Positions 17,374 through 26,245 of a stretch of DNA of 32,000 bases are shown one piece after another. The position numbers were made by a program, and so were the translations under genes. This DNA is from Clostridium sp. OM02-18AC. Its GTDB lineage: Bacteria; Bacillota; Clostridia; Lachnospirales; Lachnospiraceae. The notes beneath the pieces were generated by a model that saw only the letters and a program-made list of their open reading frames with translations, made no database searches and had not been told where the DNA came from. The stretch spans positions 9,737 to 41,736 of the forward strand of contig NZ_QULW01000027.1 of assembly GCF_003481825.1 (NCBI RefSeq). Direction: 5' to 3'. Numbering within the stretch: the stretch's first letter is position 1; every line of letters starts with the position of its first letter.

Positions 17374-17901
17374 ATGCGTTATACCATTACAGGCAGAAAT
17401 ATTGATGTGACTCCGGGGCTTCGCGCCGCCATTGAGGAAAAGATTGGAAAACTGGAACGTTACTTCCTTCCGGATACCGAAATCATCGTAACGCTCAGTG
17501 TACAGAAAGACAAACAGAAAATCGAAGTTACCATCCCGGTGAAGGGAAATATCATCCGTGCGGAAGAATCCAGCAACGATATGTACGTGTCCATTGATTT
17601 GGTAGAGGAAATCATTGAACGCCAGCTTCGCAAATACAAAAACAAACTGATCGACAAAAAACAGTCCGCACAGGCATTCTCAGATCTGTTCATCAGCGAA
17701 GAGAGCGAGCCGGATGACGAGATCCAGATCGTGAAAACCAAACGTTTCGCCATGAAACCGATGGATCCGGAAGAGGCTTGTGTCCAGATGGAACTGTTAG
17801 GCCATAACTTCTATGTATTCTTAAACGCAGAGACCGAGGAAGTCAATGTTGTTTACAAGAGAAAAGGTCAGACCTACGGACTGATCGAGCCGGAATTCTA
17901 A
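17374..17901 (+). CDS. hpf: Ribosome hibernation-promoting factor, long form
   Basis: 175 aa. The N-terminal YfiA/HPF domain (ITGRNIDVTPGLR) is followed by a C-terminal dimerisation domain (FYVFLNAETEEVNVVYKRKGQTYGLIEP). The RBS is GAAGGAG. Confidence 0.93.
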   Translation: MRYTITGRNIDVTPGLRAAIEEKIGKLERYFLPDTEIIVTLSVQKDKQKIEVTIPVKGNIIRAEESSNDMYVSIDLVEEIIERQLRKYKNKLIDKKQSAQAFSDLFISEESEPDDEIQIVKTKRFAMKPMDPEEACVQMELLGHNFYVFLNAETEEVNVVYKRKGQTYGLIEPEF

Positions 17902-17935
17902 AAGCCAGCAATCATCCTTTCATACAAGGCAGCAA

Positions 17936-17977
17936 AAAAGGAAACGCACCCAAAACTGAGTGCGTTTCCTTTTTTAT
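17936..17977. terminator. Bidirectional rho-independent terminator (hpf / acyltransferase)
   Basis: The sequence is aaaaaaGGAAACGCACccaaaactgaGTGCGTTTCCtttttt. An A-tract and a T-tract flank a 10-bp stem. Confidence 0.8.
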
Positions 17978-18077
17978 TGCCTGTAATGTAATTTTTCATA
18001 AAGCCAGACGGCGGATGCAGGCTGCAGTTCTGCTGCCAATCGTCAACGATTGTTTTTGCAATGTATAAACAAGACTG

Positions 18078-19154
18078 TCAGATCAATTTTCCAAGCCAGG
18101 AAAACCGCTCCCGTCCGGAAAGCACCGAAACGATCCAGGCGAACAGGATCATCGGTACCAAGACACATAGTGCAATATTTTTCTCAGTGAGCGGAAGCGG
18201 ATTCCACTTCACGGTCCAGGAGAAAAAGTAAAAGAAATAGAAATGGGAAAAATAGACCCATTCGCTCATTTTTCGCAGAGTCACAAAGAACCTGGAATAT
18301 CCACCCTCTGCTCTCATAAAAAGCTCCGTCAAAAAGAAAGCGGCCGGGGCTGCACTAAATACCATGTTCGTATTAAAGCAGGTGGAAACCTCTTTGTACA
18401 TCAGTGCCAGAGACACCAGGCTTCCGGCAAGCGCCAGAAGAAGCGGCATCCGCCATGTTTTCCGGGAAAACCAGAGTCCCAGAGCCAGATAAAAGCTTCC
18501 GTAAAACAGACCATTTCGCATGGTCACAAACTTCGGCGCATACCACCAGACAAACTCCTGGATCTTCATGGGTGCCTGCTGGGTAAAATACCAGTTGTCA
18601 CAGATGCAGCCGAACACAAACAGCGATCCGGTCAGAATCAGAAGCATCCAGATCTTTAAGCCCACACGGTAACCGGTCCACACGATCAGGCAGGCCAGCG
18701 CAAGCGCCGGCAGATACCAGAGCTGGGCAATGGTGCTGGAGACAAAAAAGGAATGGATGTAGGCTTTCACTGTCTCTGCGATCGTTGCCGTGCCATGGTA
18801 CCAGTTATAAATATCGATGGGCCAGTAGATGGCACACCAGATCAGATACAGCTTTACAATGCGCCAGACGTAACGCCAGACAACCGACCATCCACCCGTT
18901 TTATTTCCACCACCGTATGAATATCCGGCATCCGCATCTTTGCATCTTCTGGGATCCGGAATTTTCCGGAATAGCAGAAAGCCTGCAATGATAAAAAAGA
19001 TGGGCACTGCCAGGTTCGAAAGCCAGCTGCCGATCACCAGACGCCAGCGGCTTTCTGCAGGATAAAAGACCTGGATCATATGACGCGCCGCCACCAGGAG
19101 TGCCATAACAAATTTCAGCAGATCCAGGCCACAGTATTGTTTTTTTTCTTTCAT
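18078..19154 (-). CDS. Acyltransferase family 3 integral membrane protein
   Basis: 358 aa and polytopic. The N-terminus (GLDLLKFVMALLVAARH) is typical of acyltransferase-3 / OatA-like enzymes. Confidence 0.82.
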   Translation of the reverse strand: MKEKKQYCGLDLLKFVMALLVAARHMIQVFYPAESRWRLVIGSWLSNLAVPIFFIIAGFLLFRKIPDPRRCKDADAGYSYGGGNKTGGWSVVWRYVWRIVKLYLIWCAIYWPIDIYNWYHGTATIAETVKAYIHSFFVSSTIAQLWYLPALALACLIVWTGYRVGLKIWMLLILTGSLFVFGCICDNWYFTQQAPMKIQEFVWWYAPKFVTMRNGLFYGSFYLALGLWFSRKTWRMPLLLALAGSLVSLALMYKEVSTCFNTNMVFSAAPAAFFLTELFMRAEGGYSRFFVTLRKMSEWVYFSHFYFFYFFSWTVKWNPLPLTEKNIALCVLVPMILFAWIVSVLSGRERFSWLGKLI

Positions 19155-19165
19155 ACATGCACCTT

Positions 19166-20515
19166 TTAATCCAGGAAGGTAACAGCCTTACATGGAGTTC
19201 GGTAATTGTACTTCGTAATGGTGATACCCGTTGTCGGATTGCTGGAATGGATGATCTGTCCATTGCCTATGTAGATTGCCACATGGTTGATGTAACTTCC
19301 GCTGGCGTAGAATAAAAGGTCACCCGGCTGGATCGCAGACAGGGAAATTTCTTTTCCTTTTGCTGCCTGGTCTCTGGAACTTCGTCCTGTTGTAATGCCA
19401 AAGTGCGCAAATACCTCCTGGGTAAATCCGGAACAGTCTGCACCATTGGTCAGGCTGGTTCCACCATATACATACGGGTTTCCTAAGAACTGCTTCGCAT
19501 ATGCCACGATTGCGGTTCTGGTCGCGGATACTACGGCTGCCGAGCTGCCCGGTCCTGCCACCGGAGAGGACTGGGTCGTCGTGGACGGTCCGGAGGAACT
19601 GGTCTGGCTGGAACCATTCGGGGCAGAACTGTTCTGCGCAGAGCCAGTCTGGGACGGACTCTTCTGAGATGGAGCTGAAGTTACCGTCTGATTGCCTGCA
19701 CTGCTCTGGGAAGAACCGCTCTGCCCTGCAGACGGACTCTGTGTCTGACTCTGATCTTTCGATGTGTTTGCAGTCGGCGCGTTGGTCATGGCTGAATCAT
19801 CGCTCTGTTCCGGATTTGCAGAAATGATCACATCTTTATTTTCTTCGACTTTGATCACCTGCTCCAGATTTGCAAGTGCCGTTTGGGCATCGCGCTTTCT
19901 CTGCGCTTCCTCTTCCAGCTTCGCCCGCTCCTCTTCCAGGGACACCGCCTGGTCAAACTCGACCTCAACCTTGCAGTATGACTTTGCGATATAACCAATC
20001 AGGTCTGCATCGACCTCAACCTTATAAAAATCACCTTCATCGCCCTGGACAACATAACGGGAACCGCTGGAGATCATGGTCAGGACATTACTCGTCAGAT
20101 TTGGCTCCTCGCGCAAACGCAGGTTATCTACGCTGACGGTCACAAACTCCCGGCCGATTGACTGAGCCAGTGTCTCTGCCTCCTGACCGGTAATAAAATA
20201 CTCCGATTTGATGAAGCCATTTACCGTTCCGGACTGGATCCGGTACCAGCTTCCGCCCTCTCCTTCTACTGTTTCCAGAATGGTTGCGGCACAGTTATTA
20301 TAGATCTTGCCGACGATCTTGCTGTTCGTCGTAGCCTGTTCCCGGATATTCACATAATCGGTAACCTGGGATACCGCAATATTTTCATAGTCTGCCGGTG
20401 CAGCCACTAACATTGCCTCATGAGGAGACTTTGCCGCATCTGCATAAGCAGAAAACGGACATGCTGCCGCTGCGCAAAGGCAGGATACTGCCAGTACTTT
20501 CTTCCATTTTTTCAT
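19166..20515 (-). CDS. Secreted SH3b-domain / NlpC-P60 peptidoglycan endopeptidase
   Basis: 449 aa. The domain order is a signal peptide, two SH3b-like repeats (VNIREQATTNSKIVG; LRLREEPNLTSNVL), a coiled coil, a Ser/Gln/Thr-rich linker, and a C-terminal NlpC/P60 domain (GADCSGFTQEVF...HVAIYIGNGQIIHS). Confidence 0.88.
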   Translation of the reverse strand: MKKWKKVLAVSCLCAAAACPFSAYADAAKSPHEAMLVAAPADYENIAVSQVTDYVNIREQATTNSKIVGKIYNNCAATILETVEGEGGSWYRIQSGTVNGFIKSEYFITGQEAETLAQSIGREFVTVSVDNLRLREEPNLTSNVLTMISSGSRYVVQGDEGDFYKVEVDADLIGYIAKSYCKVEVEFDQAVSLEEERAKLEEEAQRKRDAQTALANLEQVIKVEENKDVIISANPEQSDDSAMTNAPTANTSKDQSQTQSPSAGQSGSSQSSAGNQTVTSAPSQKSPSQTGSAQNSSAPNGSSQTSSSGPSTTTQSSPVAGPGSSAAVVSATRTAIVAYAKQFLGNPYVYGGTSLTNGADCSGFTQEVFAHFGITTGRSSRDQAAKGKEISLSAIQPGDLLFYASGSYINHVAIYIGNGQIIHSSNPTTGITITKYNYRTPCKAVTFLD

Positions 20516-20570
20516 GCGTCTTCGCCTTTCTTATTTCTGTTTCTATTCACATGCACTTGCCCGGCAATGG

Positions 20571-20640
20571 GATTTTGCCGATGCTTCGCACTCCAAATCG
20601 GCAAAATCTGCTGTCAGAACTGTATCACACGGGATTTTTA
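20571..20640. repeat. Related hairpin plus flank repeat in the 5' region of the NlpC/P60 gene
   Basis: Perfect 12-bp stem gattttgccgat (20571-20582) / atcggcaaaatc (20597-20608). It is followed by cagaactgtatcacacgggattttt (20615-20639), which matches 10320-10342. Confidence 0.6.
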
Positions 20641-20844
20641 GTTGCACGCAACACGTTTCCGTAATCTGCCATTCAGTATAACATATCCCTTCTGAAAGTT
20701 ACAGAGTGTTCGCAAAATTGTAATTTATTTGTAAAATGTAGCTTGCTGTTCGCGCAAAGCGTAAATAGCAACAAATGTAAGGAGTTTTATGATAGAATAT
20801 GTTTAGAAAACAAGAAACCATGATATGACAAAAGGAGTGATCGT

Positions 20845-21576
20845 ATGGCAAAGAAAGTTGTTCTCGTAACCGGCGCTTCCCGCGGAATCGGAAAAGCCAT
20901 TGCCGTAAAATTTGCAAAAAAAGGCTATAACGTGATCATCAACTGCGCCCACCGGGAGCAGGAATTGATGCAGACCAAAAAAGAAATTGAGCGTTATCAG
21001 GTAACCTGCGCTGCATTTTTAGGGGATATGGGCGATATGGCGGTCTGTGAGCAGCTGTTTTCCATGATCCGCAAACAGTTTGGCAGTCTGGATGTCTTAG
21101 TCAACAATGCCGGTATCGATTATATTGGTCTTTTGCAGGATATGACTTCTGAGGAGTGGGACCGCATCCTGCGTACCAACCTGACCTCCGTATTTAACTG
21201 CAGCAAGCTGGCCATTCCGCTGATGCTTGCCGCCGGTCACGGAAAGATCATCAACATTTCCTCCGTATGGGGCTGCGTAGGCGCTTCCTGTGAAGTCGCA
21301 TACTCTGCCACAAAGGGCGGCATCAATGCCTTCACCCAGGCACTGGCCAAAGAACTTGCTCCAAGCAATATCCAGGTCAACGCCGTTGCCTGCGGTGCCA
21401 TTGACACGGAAATGAATCAGTGGATGGAGGAAGATGAGCTGATCGGGCTGGTTGAGGAAATCCCATCCGGTCGTCTCGGACGTGCGGAGGAAGTCGCTGA
21501 TTTCGTTTATCATCTCGGCTACAAAGGCTCTTACTTAACCGGTCAGATCATAAAACTGGATGGAGGCTGGATCTGA
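20845..21576 (+). CDS. SDR-family oxidoreductase (FabG-like 3-oxoacyl reductase fold)
   Basis: 243 aa. It has the cofactor motif TGASRGIG, NNAG, and the catalytic YSATK. The RBS is AAAGGAG. Confidence 0.88.
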   Translation: MAKKVVLVTGASRGIGKAIAVKFAKKGYNVIINCAHREQELMQTKKEIERYQVTCAAFLGDMGDMAVCEQLFSMIRKQFGSLDVLVNNAGIDYIGLLQDMTSEEWDRILRTNLTSVFNCSKLAIPLMLAAGHGKIINISSVWGCVGASCEVAYSATKGGINAFTQALAKELAPSNIQVNAVACGAIDTEMNQWMEEDELIGLVEEIPSGRLGRAEEVADFVYHLGYKGSYLTGQIIKLDGGWI

Positions 21577-21652
21577 TCTTCCTGTTTTGCCATGCCCGCT
21601 GTCCTTTTCCGGCCGCGGGCAGACAGATTCCCATTCGATAAAGGAGAACACC

Positions 21653-22424
21653 ATGGAGTTCAAACAACTGCAATCCTTCGTGGCTGTTGTCGATTACGGC
21701 AGCTTCACGAAAGCTTCGGAAAAGCTCTTTATCTCCCAGCCTACCATCAGTACCCATATCCGTATGCTGGAAGAAGAGTTTCAATCCTGTCTTCTGGTGC
21801 GCACAACCAAAAGCATCGAATTGACACCGCGCGGGCAGGAATTTTATGAATGTGCCATCAGCATTCTGAGTCTCAAAAACAATCTGCTGGAAAGTTGGAA
21901 CAATGAGACCAAAAATACGATCCATCTCGGCGCTTCCACCATTCCATCCACCTATCTGCTGCCAGAGCTTTTGCCCGCCTACAAAAAACTGCATCCGGAG
22001 ACATATTTTAACATTTATCAGAGTGACAGCCAGGGGATCCTGGAAAAGATTCTGGAAGGTCGTTTTAATCTGGGGCTGGTCGGCATGACCTGCGAAGATG
22101 AACGATTTTGTTTTAAACCATTTTACCACGATCAGATGGTGCTGATTACTCCAAAAACATCTTATTTTGCGCAATTTCAGACGAAACCGATTCCGCTCGA
22201 TATCATTTTGAAATCAGAACCGGTCATTTTGCGTGAAGAAGGAAGCGGCCGCCTGCAGCCCCGGTTCTGATCAAAAGCTTTTCGTTTTTGATCTTCCCGT
22301 GGTCACAGACAGCCGCAGCCTGTATCTGGTCTATCACAAAAGTTTTGTCTTAAAACCTTATATCCATGCGTTTATGGAATTTGTGCTGCAGTTTTACCAG
22401 AAGCAGGAACCCTCAAACCGATAA
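21653..22424 (+). pseudogene. LysR-family transcriptional regulator, disrupted by an internal deletion plus frameshift
   Basis: The HTH N-terminus (MEFKQLQSFVAVVDYGSFTKASEKLFISQPTISTHIRMLEEE) and the effector domain read up to ...VILREEGSG, then stop at 22270. The LysR C-terminus (KLFVFDLPVVTDSRSLYLVYHKSFVLKPYIHAFMEFV) continues in another frame (22233-22424). Together they give about 255 aa, against about 295-300 aa for the family. Confidence 0.72.
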
Positions 22425-22434
22425 GGAAGCTCCA

Positions 22435-22935
22435 TCAGAACTTCCGGATCGTATCCTCTTCGTCGCCCAGATCTTCAATCTTACGGATCACTGCAAAATA
22501 GCTGAAACCATTGTCCGTTGTGATCTCTACCCGGTCGCCTACTTTATGACGCAGGATTGCCTTTCCGAGCGGAGACTCAATGCTGACCATGTTGTGCATG
22601 GAATTTCCACGAATGCTGGTCACCAGCTTATAGGTCTCCTCCTCGTCATCGTCTTCCATATAAAGCGTGACGGCCTTGTTCAGTCCGACTTCATCGGCCT
22701 TGGAAGCATCCGAGATCACAATGGCATTCTTCAGCATATTCTCCAGATAACGGATCCGGCTCTCGTTCTGATTTTTGTCTTTTTTGGCTGCATGATACTC
22801 AAAGTTTTCACTTAGATCCCCATGCGCCCTGGCTTCTTTTACTGCCTCCAGGCATTTCGGACGGATGACAAGCTTCCGTTCTTCAATCTCTGCCTGAATC
22901 TTTTCCACATCGGATTTCGTCAGTTTTTCTCTCAT
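22435..22935 (-). CDS. greA: Transcription elongation factor GreA
   Basis: The N-terminal coiled coil carries GDLSENFEYHAAK, followed by the C-terminal FKBP-like domain. I prefer the ATG at 22935 over the GTG at 22941 used in the ORF track. Confidence 0.9.
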   Translation of the reverse strand: MREKLTKSDVEKIQAEIEERKLVIRPKCLEAVKEARAHGDLSENFEYHAAKKDKNQNESRIRYLENMLKNAIVISDASKADEVGLNKAVTLYMEDDDEEETYKLVTSIRGNSMHNMVSIESPLGKAILRHKVGDRVEITTDNGFSYFAVIRKIEDLGDEEDTIRKF

Positions 22936-22957
22936 ACTCACTCTCTCTTTTCGCGTT

Positions 22958-24184
22958 TTATGCAGTCATCAGCTTTACAAGCAATTCTACCATTTTCTCC
23001 ATAGCCTGAATGGAAATAAACTCATATTTTCCATGATAATTTGCTCCGCCTGTGCACAGATTCGGACATGGGAGTCCCTTGTAAGAAAGACGCGCGCCAT
23101 CGGTACCTCCGCGGATTGGAAGGGTCACCGGCTCTACATCCAGTTCTTTCATCAGCTGGCGCACCCGGTCGATCAGATGCATATGTGGCTTAATCTTTTC
23201 TTTCATATTGAAATAGGAATCCTTAATTTCAATGTCCACGGTACCGGCTCCATATTTCTGGTTCAGGAACACTGCGATCTGACGCATCTGCTCTTTTTTC
23301 TTTTCAAATTTTTCCATATCATGGTCGCGGATCAGGTACTTCATCACAGAAGTCTCCACATCACCCTGGAAATGATCCAGATGGAAAAATCCCTCATAGC
23401 CTTCGGTATACATCGGATTTTCGAAAGTCGGCAGCATCTGCTGGTATTCCATTCCAATCAGCATGGAATTCACCATACCCTTTTTGGCATCTCCGGTATG
23501 CATGCTGCATCCATGAATCGTCACTACCGCAGAAGCCGCATTGAAGTTTTCATATTCCACCTCACCGAGCTCACCGCCGTCTACTGTATAGGCAAACTGC
23601 GCTCCAAAGCCGGAAACATCAAATTTGTCTGCGCCGCAGCCAATCTCCTCGTCCGGGGTAAATGCAATGCAGATCTTTCCATGTGGAATTTCCTTATGAG
23701 AAAGCAGGTAATCTGCTGCCGTCATGATCTCTGCCACACCCGCCTTATCGTCTGCTCCCAGAAGTGTCGTTCCATCGGTCGTGATCAGATCCTGTCCCTG
23801 ATAACGTGCCAAAAATGGAAATTCCGAAAGGCGCATAAAAATCTGTTTTTCCTGGTTCAGGCAGATGTCTTTTCCATCGTAATTTTTTACGAACTGTGGT
23901 TTTACATTGGCTCCGGTCAGAGCCGGTGCGGTATCCATATGGGCAATAAAACCGAGGGACGGAATCTTTTCAGCCTGTCCGGCAGGAACATTTGCCGGAA
24001 TTTCCGCGTAAATATAACCATACTCACTGAGACGCACACGCTCGGCACCCATTTCTTCCAGTTCCTGTTTGAGACATTTGGCTAGCTCCCACTGTTTCTC
24101 TGTACTTGGCATCTTGCCAGTGTCCTCTTTTGACTGGGTATCGAAGGATACATAATTCAAAAAACGTTCGGTTACCTGTGACAT
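22958..24184 (-). CDS. pepT: Peptidase T (tripeptide aminopeptidase, M20B)
   Basis: 408 aa. The N-terminus is [12 protein letters not shown]; HMDT and GADDKAG metal-binding motifs are present. Confidence 0.93.
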   Translation of the reverse strand: MSQVTERFLNYVSFDTQSKEDTGKMPSTEKQWELAKCLKQELEEMGAERVRLSEYGYIYAEIPANVPAGQAEKIPSLGFIAHMDTAPALTGANVKPQFVKNYDGKDICLNQEKQIFMRLSEFPFLARYQGQDLITTDGTTLLGADDKAGVAEIMTAADYLLSHKEIPHGKICIAFTPDEEIGCGADKFDVSGFGAQFAYTVDGGELGEVEYENFNAASAVVTIHGCSMHTGDAKKGMVNSMLIGMEYQQMLPTFENPMYTEGYEGFFHLDHFQGDVETSVMKYLIRDHDMEKFEKKKEQMRQIAVFLNQKYGAGTVDIEIKDSYFNMKEKIKPHMHLIDRVRQLMKELDVEPVTLPIRGGTDGARLSYKGLPCPNLCTGGANYHGKYEFISIQAMEKMVELLVKLMTA

Positions 24185-24246
24185 AATGAATACTCCTTTT
24201 TCTGATAAATCCTTTATTTTTTAATCCCGCTGAATCTGATTATAGC

Positions 24247-24290
24247 ACAAAAAGACTGCCCCTGCAAAAGAATCACAAGGACAGCCTTTT
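24247..24290 (-). terminator. Rho-independent terminator after the NSS transporter, followed directly by the pepT extended -10
   Basis: The minus strand reads GGCTGTCCttgtgattcttttgcaGGGGCAGTCtttttgTGcTATAAT. The TATAAT lies at 24244-24239. Confidence 0.6.
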
Positions 24291-24330
24291 TCATAATCTT
24301 CCACTGAGAAAGTTCCTGTTCGCCGGTATC

Positions 24331-25662
24331 TCAGCCAATTCCCCCGAGCAGCGCACCGGCAACCAGAGCCACAAAAGCCGCCGGAACCAGCACATACTTG
24401 CCGAGCAGGACAAATGTTTTGCCAATTTCCTTTTTGGCACCGCGGTTTACAGCCTCCAGGGCAAAGTCCGTTCCGGCAACCCAGAAGAACATAATTCCGG
24501 CAAGCATCGCCCCAAGCGGGCAGATGTAGATCGACACCACATCCATCCACCCGGAGACAATTCCCTGAATAAACAGTGCAACACTGCAGCCTGCTGCCGC
24601 GATCACGGCTACTGCAGCCGGTCGTTTGAGCCCGCAGCGCTCCTGCAGGGTCTCCACCGGTGCCTCATAGAGGTTTACCAGAGAACTCATTCCGGCAAAC
24701 AGCACGCAGACATAAAAGATCATTCCGCAGATTTTTCCACCCGGCATTCCATTGAACACGTTCAGCAGATAAATAAACATCAGTCCCGGACCTCCGGAAG
24801 AAAGTTCTGCGCCGCCTGCTGCCATGCCCGGAATAATCACAAAAGCAGCCAAAAGTGCAGCAAGTGTATCAAAAAATGCTACATTTTTTGCAGATGCAGC
24901 AATATCCTCAGAATCGCTTAAGTAAGAACCATAGATCACGGTTCCGTTTCCTGCAATGGACAGTGAGAAAAATGCCTGTCCAAATGCATAGATCCAGAGG
25001 CGTATATCCTTCAGTCCCTCCGGATTGATGGTAAAAATATAATGATAGCCTTTTTCTGAGCCTGGAAGTGTAAAGATATAAACACCAAGTCCCAGAAATA
25101 GAATAAATAACAGCGGCATCATGATCTTGTTTGCCTTCTCAATTCCGCCCGCAATTCCAAATGCCATGATCACTGCAGTGACAATCACTGTGATGACCAG
25201 CCAGTTATTATTGCCAAATCCCGTCGCCGTACCGTCAAACAATCCACCGATCGCTCCCATATCCTGTCCCAGGGCATAAAGGTTTCCCGTCAATGCAAGG
25301 AACGCGTACTTAAAGATCCATCCCACTACTACCGTATAGCCGATAGCAAGCGCCATGGACCCCAGTACCGGGATCACACCGATCAGCTCTCCGATCCGTT
25401 TCTTTCCGGTCCGTAATTCCGTACACATGCCAAACGCCTTGATCGGTCCGCTCTTTGCGGCACGTCCCAGTGCCATCTCCTCGATCACGCCTGTGGAGGC
25501 GATCAGCACAACAAACAACAGATACGGAAGCAGAAATGTCATTCCACCCCAATCAGAAACAATATATGGGAAACGCCAGATATTCCCCATACCAACTGCC
25601 GAACCGATGCAAGCAAGCACAAAACCGGTGCGGCTTTTAAAGCCATCCCTTTCTTTTGCCAT
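24331..25662 (-). CDS. Sodium-dependent transporter (NSS/SNF family)
   Basis: I prefer the start MAKERDGFKSRTGFVLACIGSAVGMGNIWRFPY at 25662, which is the canonical NSS TM1 motif. About 12 TM segments are predicted by eye. The upstream 62 codons of the track ORF look non-coding. Confidence 0.9.
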   Translation of the reverse strand: MAKERDGFKSRTGFVLACIGSAVGMGNIWRFPYIVSDWGGMTFLLPYLLFVVLIASTGVIEEMALGRAAKSGPIKAFGMCTELRTGKKRIGELIGVIPVLGSMALAIGYTVVVGWIFKYAFLALTGNLYALGQDMGAIGGLFDGTATGFGNNNWLVITVIVTAVIMAFGIAGGIEKANKIMMPLLFILFLGLGVYIFTLPGSEKGYHYIFTINPEGLKDIRLWIYAFGQAFFSLSIAGNGTVIYGSYLSDSEDIAASAKNVAFFDTLAALLAAFVIIPGMAAGGAELSSGGPGLMFIYLLNVFNGMPGGKICGMIFYVCVLFAGMSSLVNLYEAPVETLQERCGLKRPAAVAVIAAAGCSVALFIQGIVSGWMDVVSIYICPLGAMLAGIMFFWVAGTDFALEAVNRGAKKEIGKTFVLLGKYVLVPAAFVALVAGALLGGIG

Positions 25663-25930
25663 GAAATAAATTCCTTTCCAACACATTACTTTTATTTTGA
25701 TTGCTTCCCACGCCTTCAATCTGTATGAAAACCCCAAGAAGAAAATACAACAATAAAAAAGTCCGGAAAACCAAAGTTTCTCGAACTTTTCTACATCGTT
25801 TCTTTTATTATACTTAACTTTTTCGCAAATATCTATAGAATTTTTCATTCTCTGGGAATTCTTTATCTAATTGCTTGGTTTTTGCAAGTGTAAATTACTC
25901 TTTAGGTATTTTTATTATGCAAGAAACAAA

Positions 25931-26245
25931 TTACTGCATAAACTGTATGAAAACTAACACAACTGGTATTGTTAGTGCAGATAACACCGTGGAAGTAAAA
26001 ATAGCTTTTGCGGCAAGACGAATATTTCTCGAAAAGATATATCAGCCAACGTTGAACCTGTAACCATCATTGCGAGCGGTGTTGTAATCTTTCCGACGTT
26101 TGCTACAATCTTACTTAGCGTGCTATTTACCGAAATATGGAATACTACAGCCAATGATAAATCCTATGACGCAACCCATGATAACTTAGAGGGTGACACT
26201 CACCAAGTTAGCCACCAAGATTCTACGCCGTCAGCAGTTATATTG
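25931..26245 (-). pseudogene. Remnant of an AEC-family (auxin-efflux-carrier-like) transporter gene: C-terminal third only, with frameshifts and an in-frame stop
   Basis: Minus-strand fragments fall in two or three frames: ILVANLVSVTL*VIMGCVIGFIIG / AVVFHISVNSTLSKIVANVGKITTPLAMMVTGSTLADISFREIF / RLAAKAIFTSTVLSALTIPVVLVFIQFMQ*. They resemble the C-terminal helices of AEC transporters. The region is AT-rich. Confidence 0.5.

Noticed and set aside
20516-20720. Possible cyclic-di-AMP (ydaO-type) riboswitch upstream of the NlpC/P60 gene
   Set aside because: Cell-wall hydrolase genes often carry one, but I could not find the conserved ACGGGGA/CCCGAA-type cores or the pseudo-twofold symmetry. Only a simple hairpin is present.
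22245-22280. Cluster of cloning-type restriction sites (NotI GCGGCCGC, PstI CTGCAG, BclI TGATCA, HindIII AAGCTT) exactly at the LysR deletion junction, suggesting an engineered scar
   Set aside because: The sequence does not match any polylinker I know. Both flanks read as native LysR codons in their respective frames, and the junction overlaps on GCGGC. A spontaneous microhomology deletion explains it. Worth a glance only if strain provenance is in doubt.
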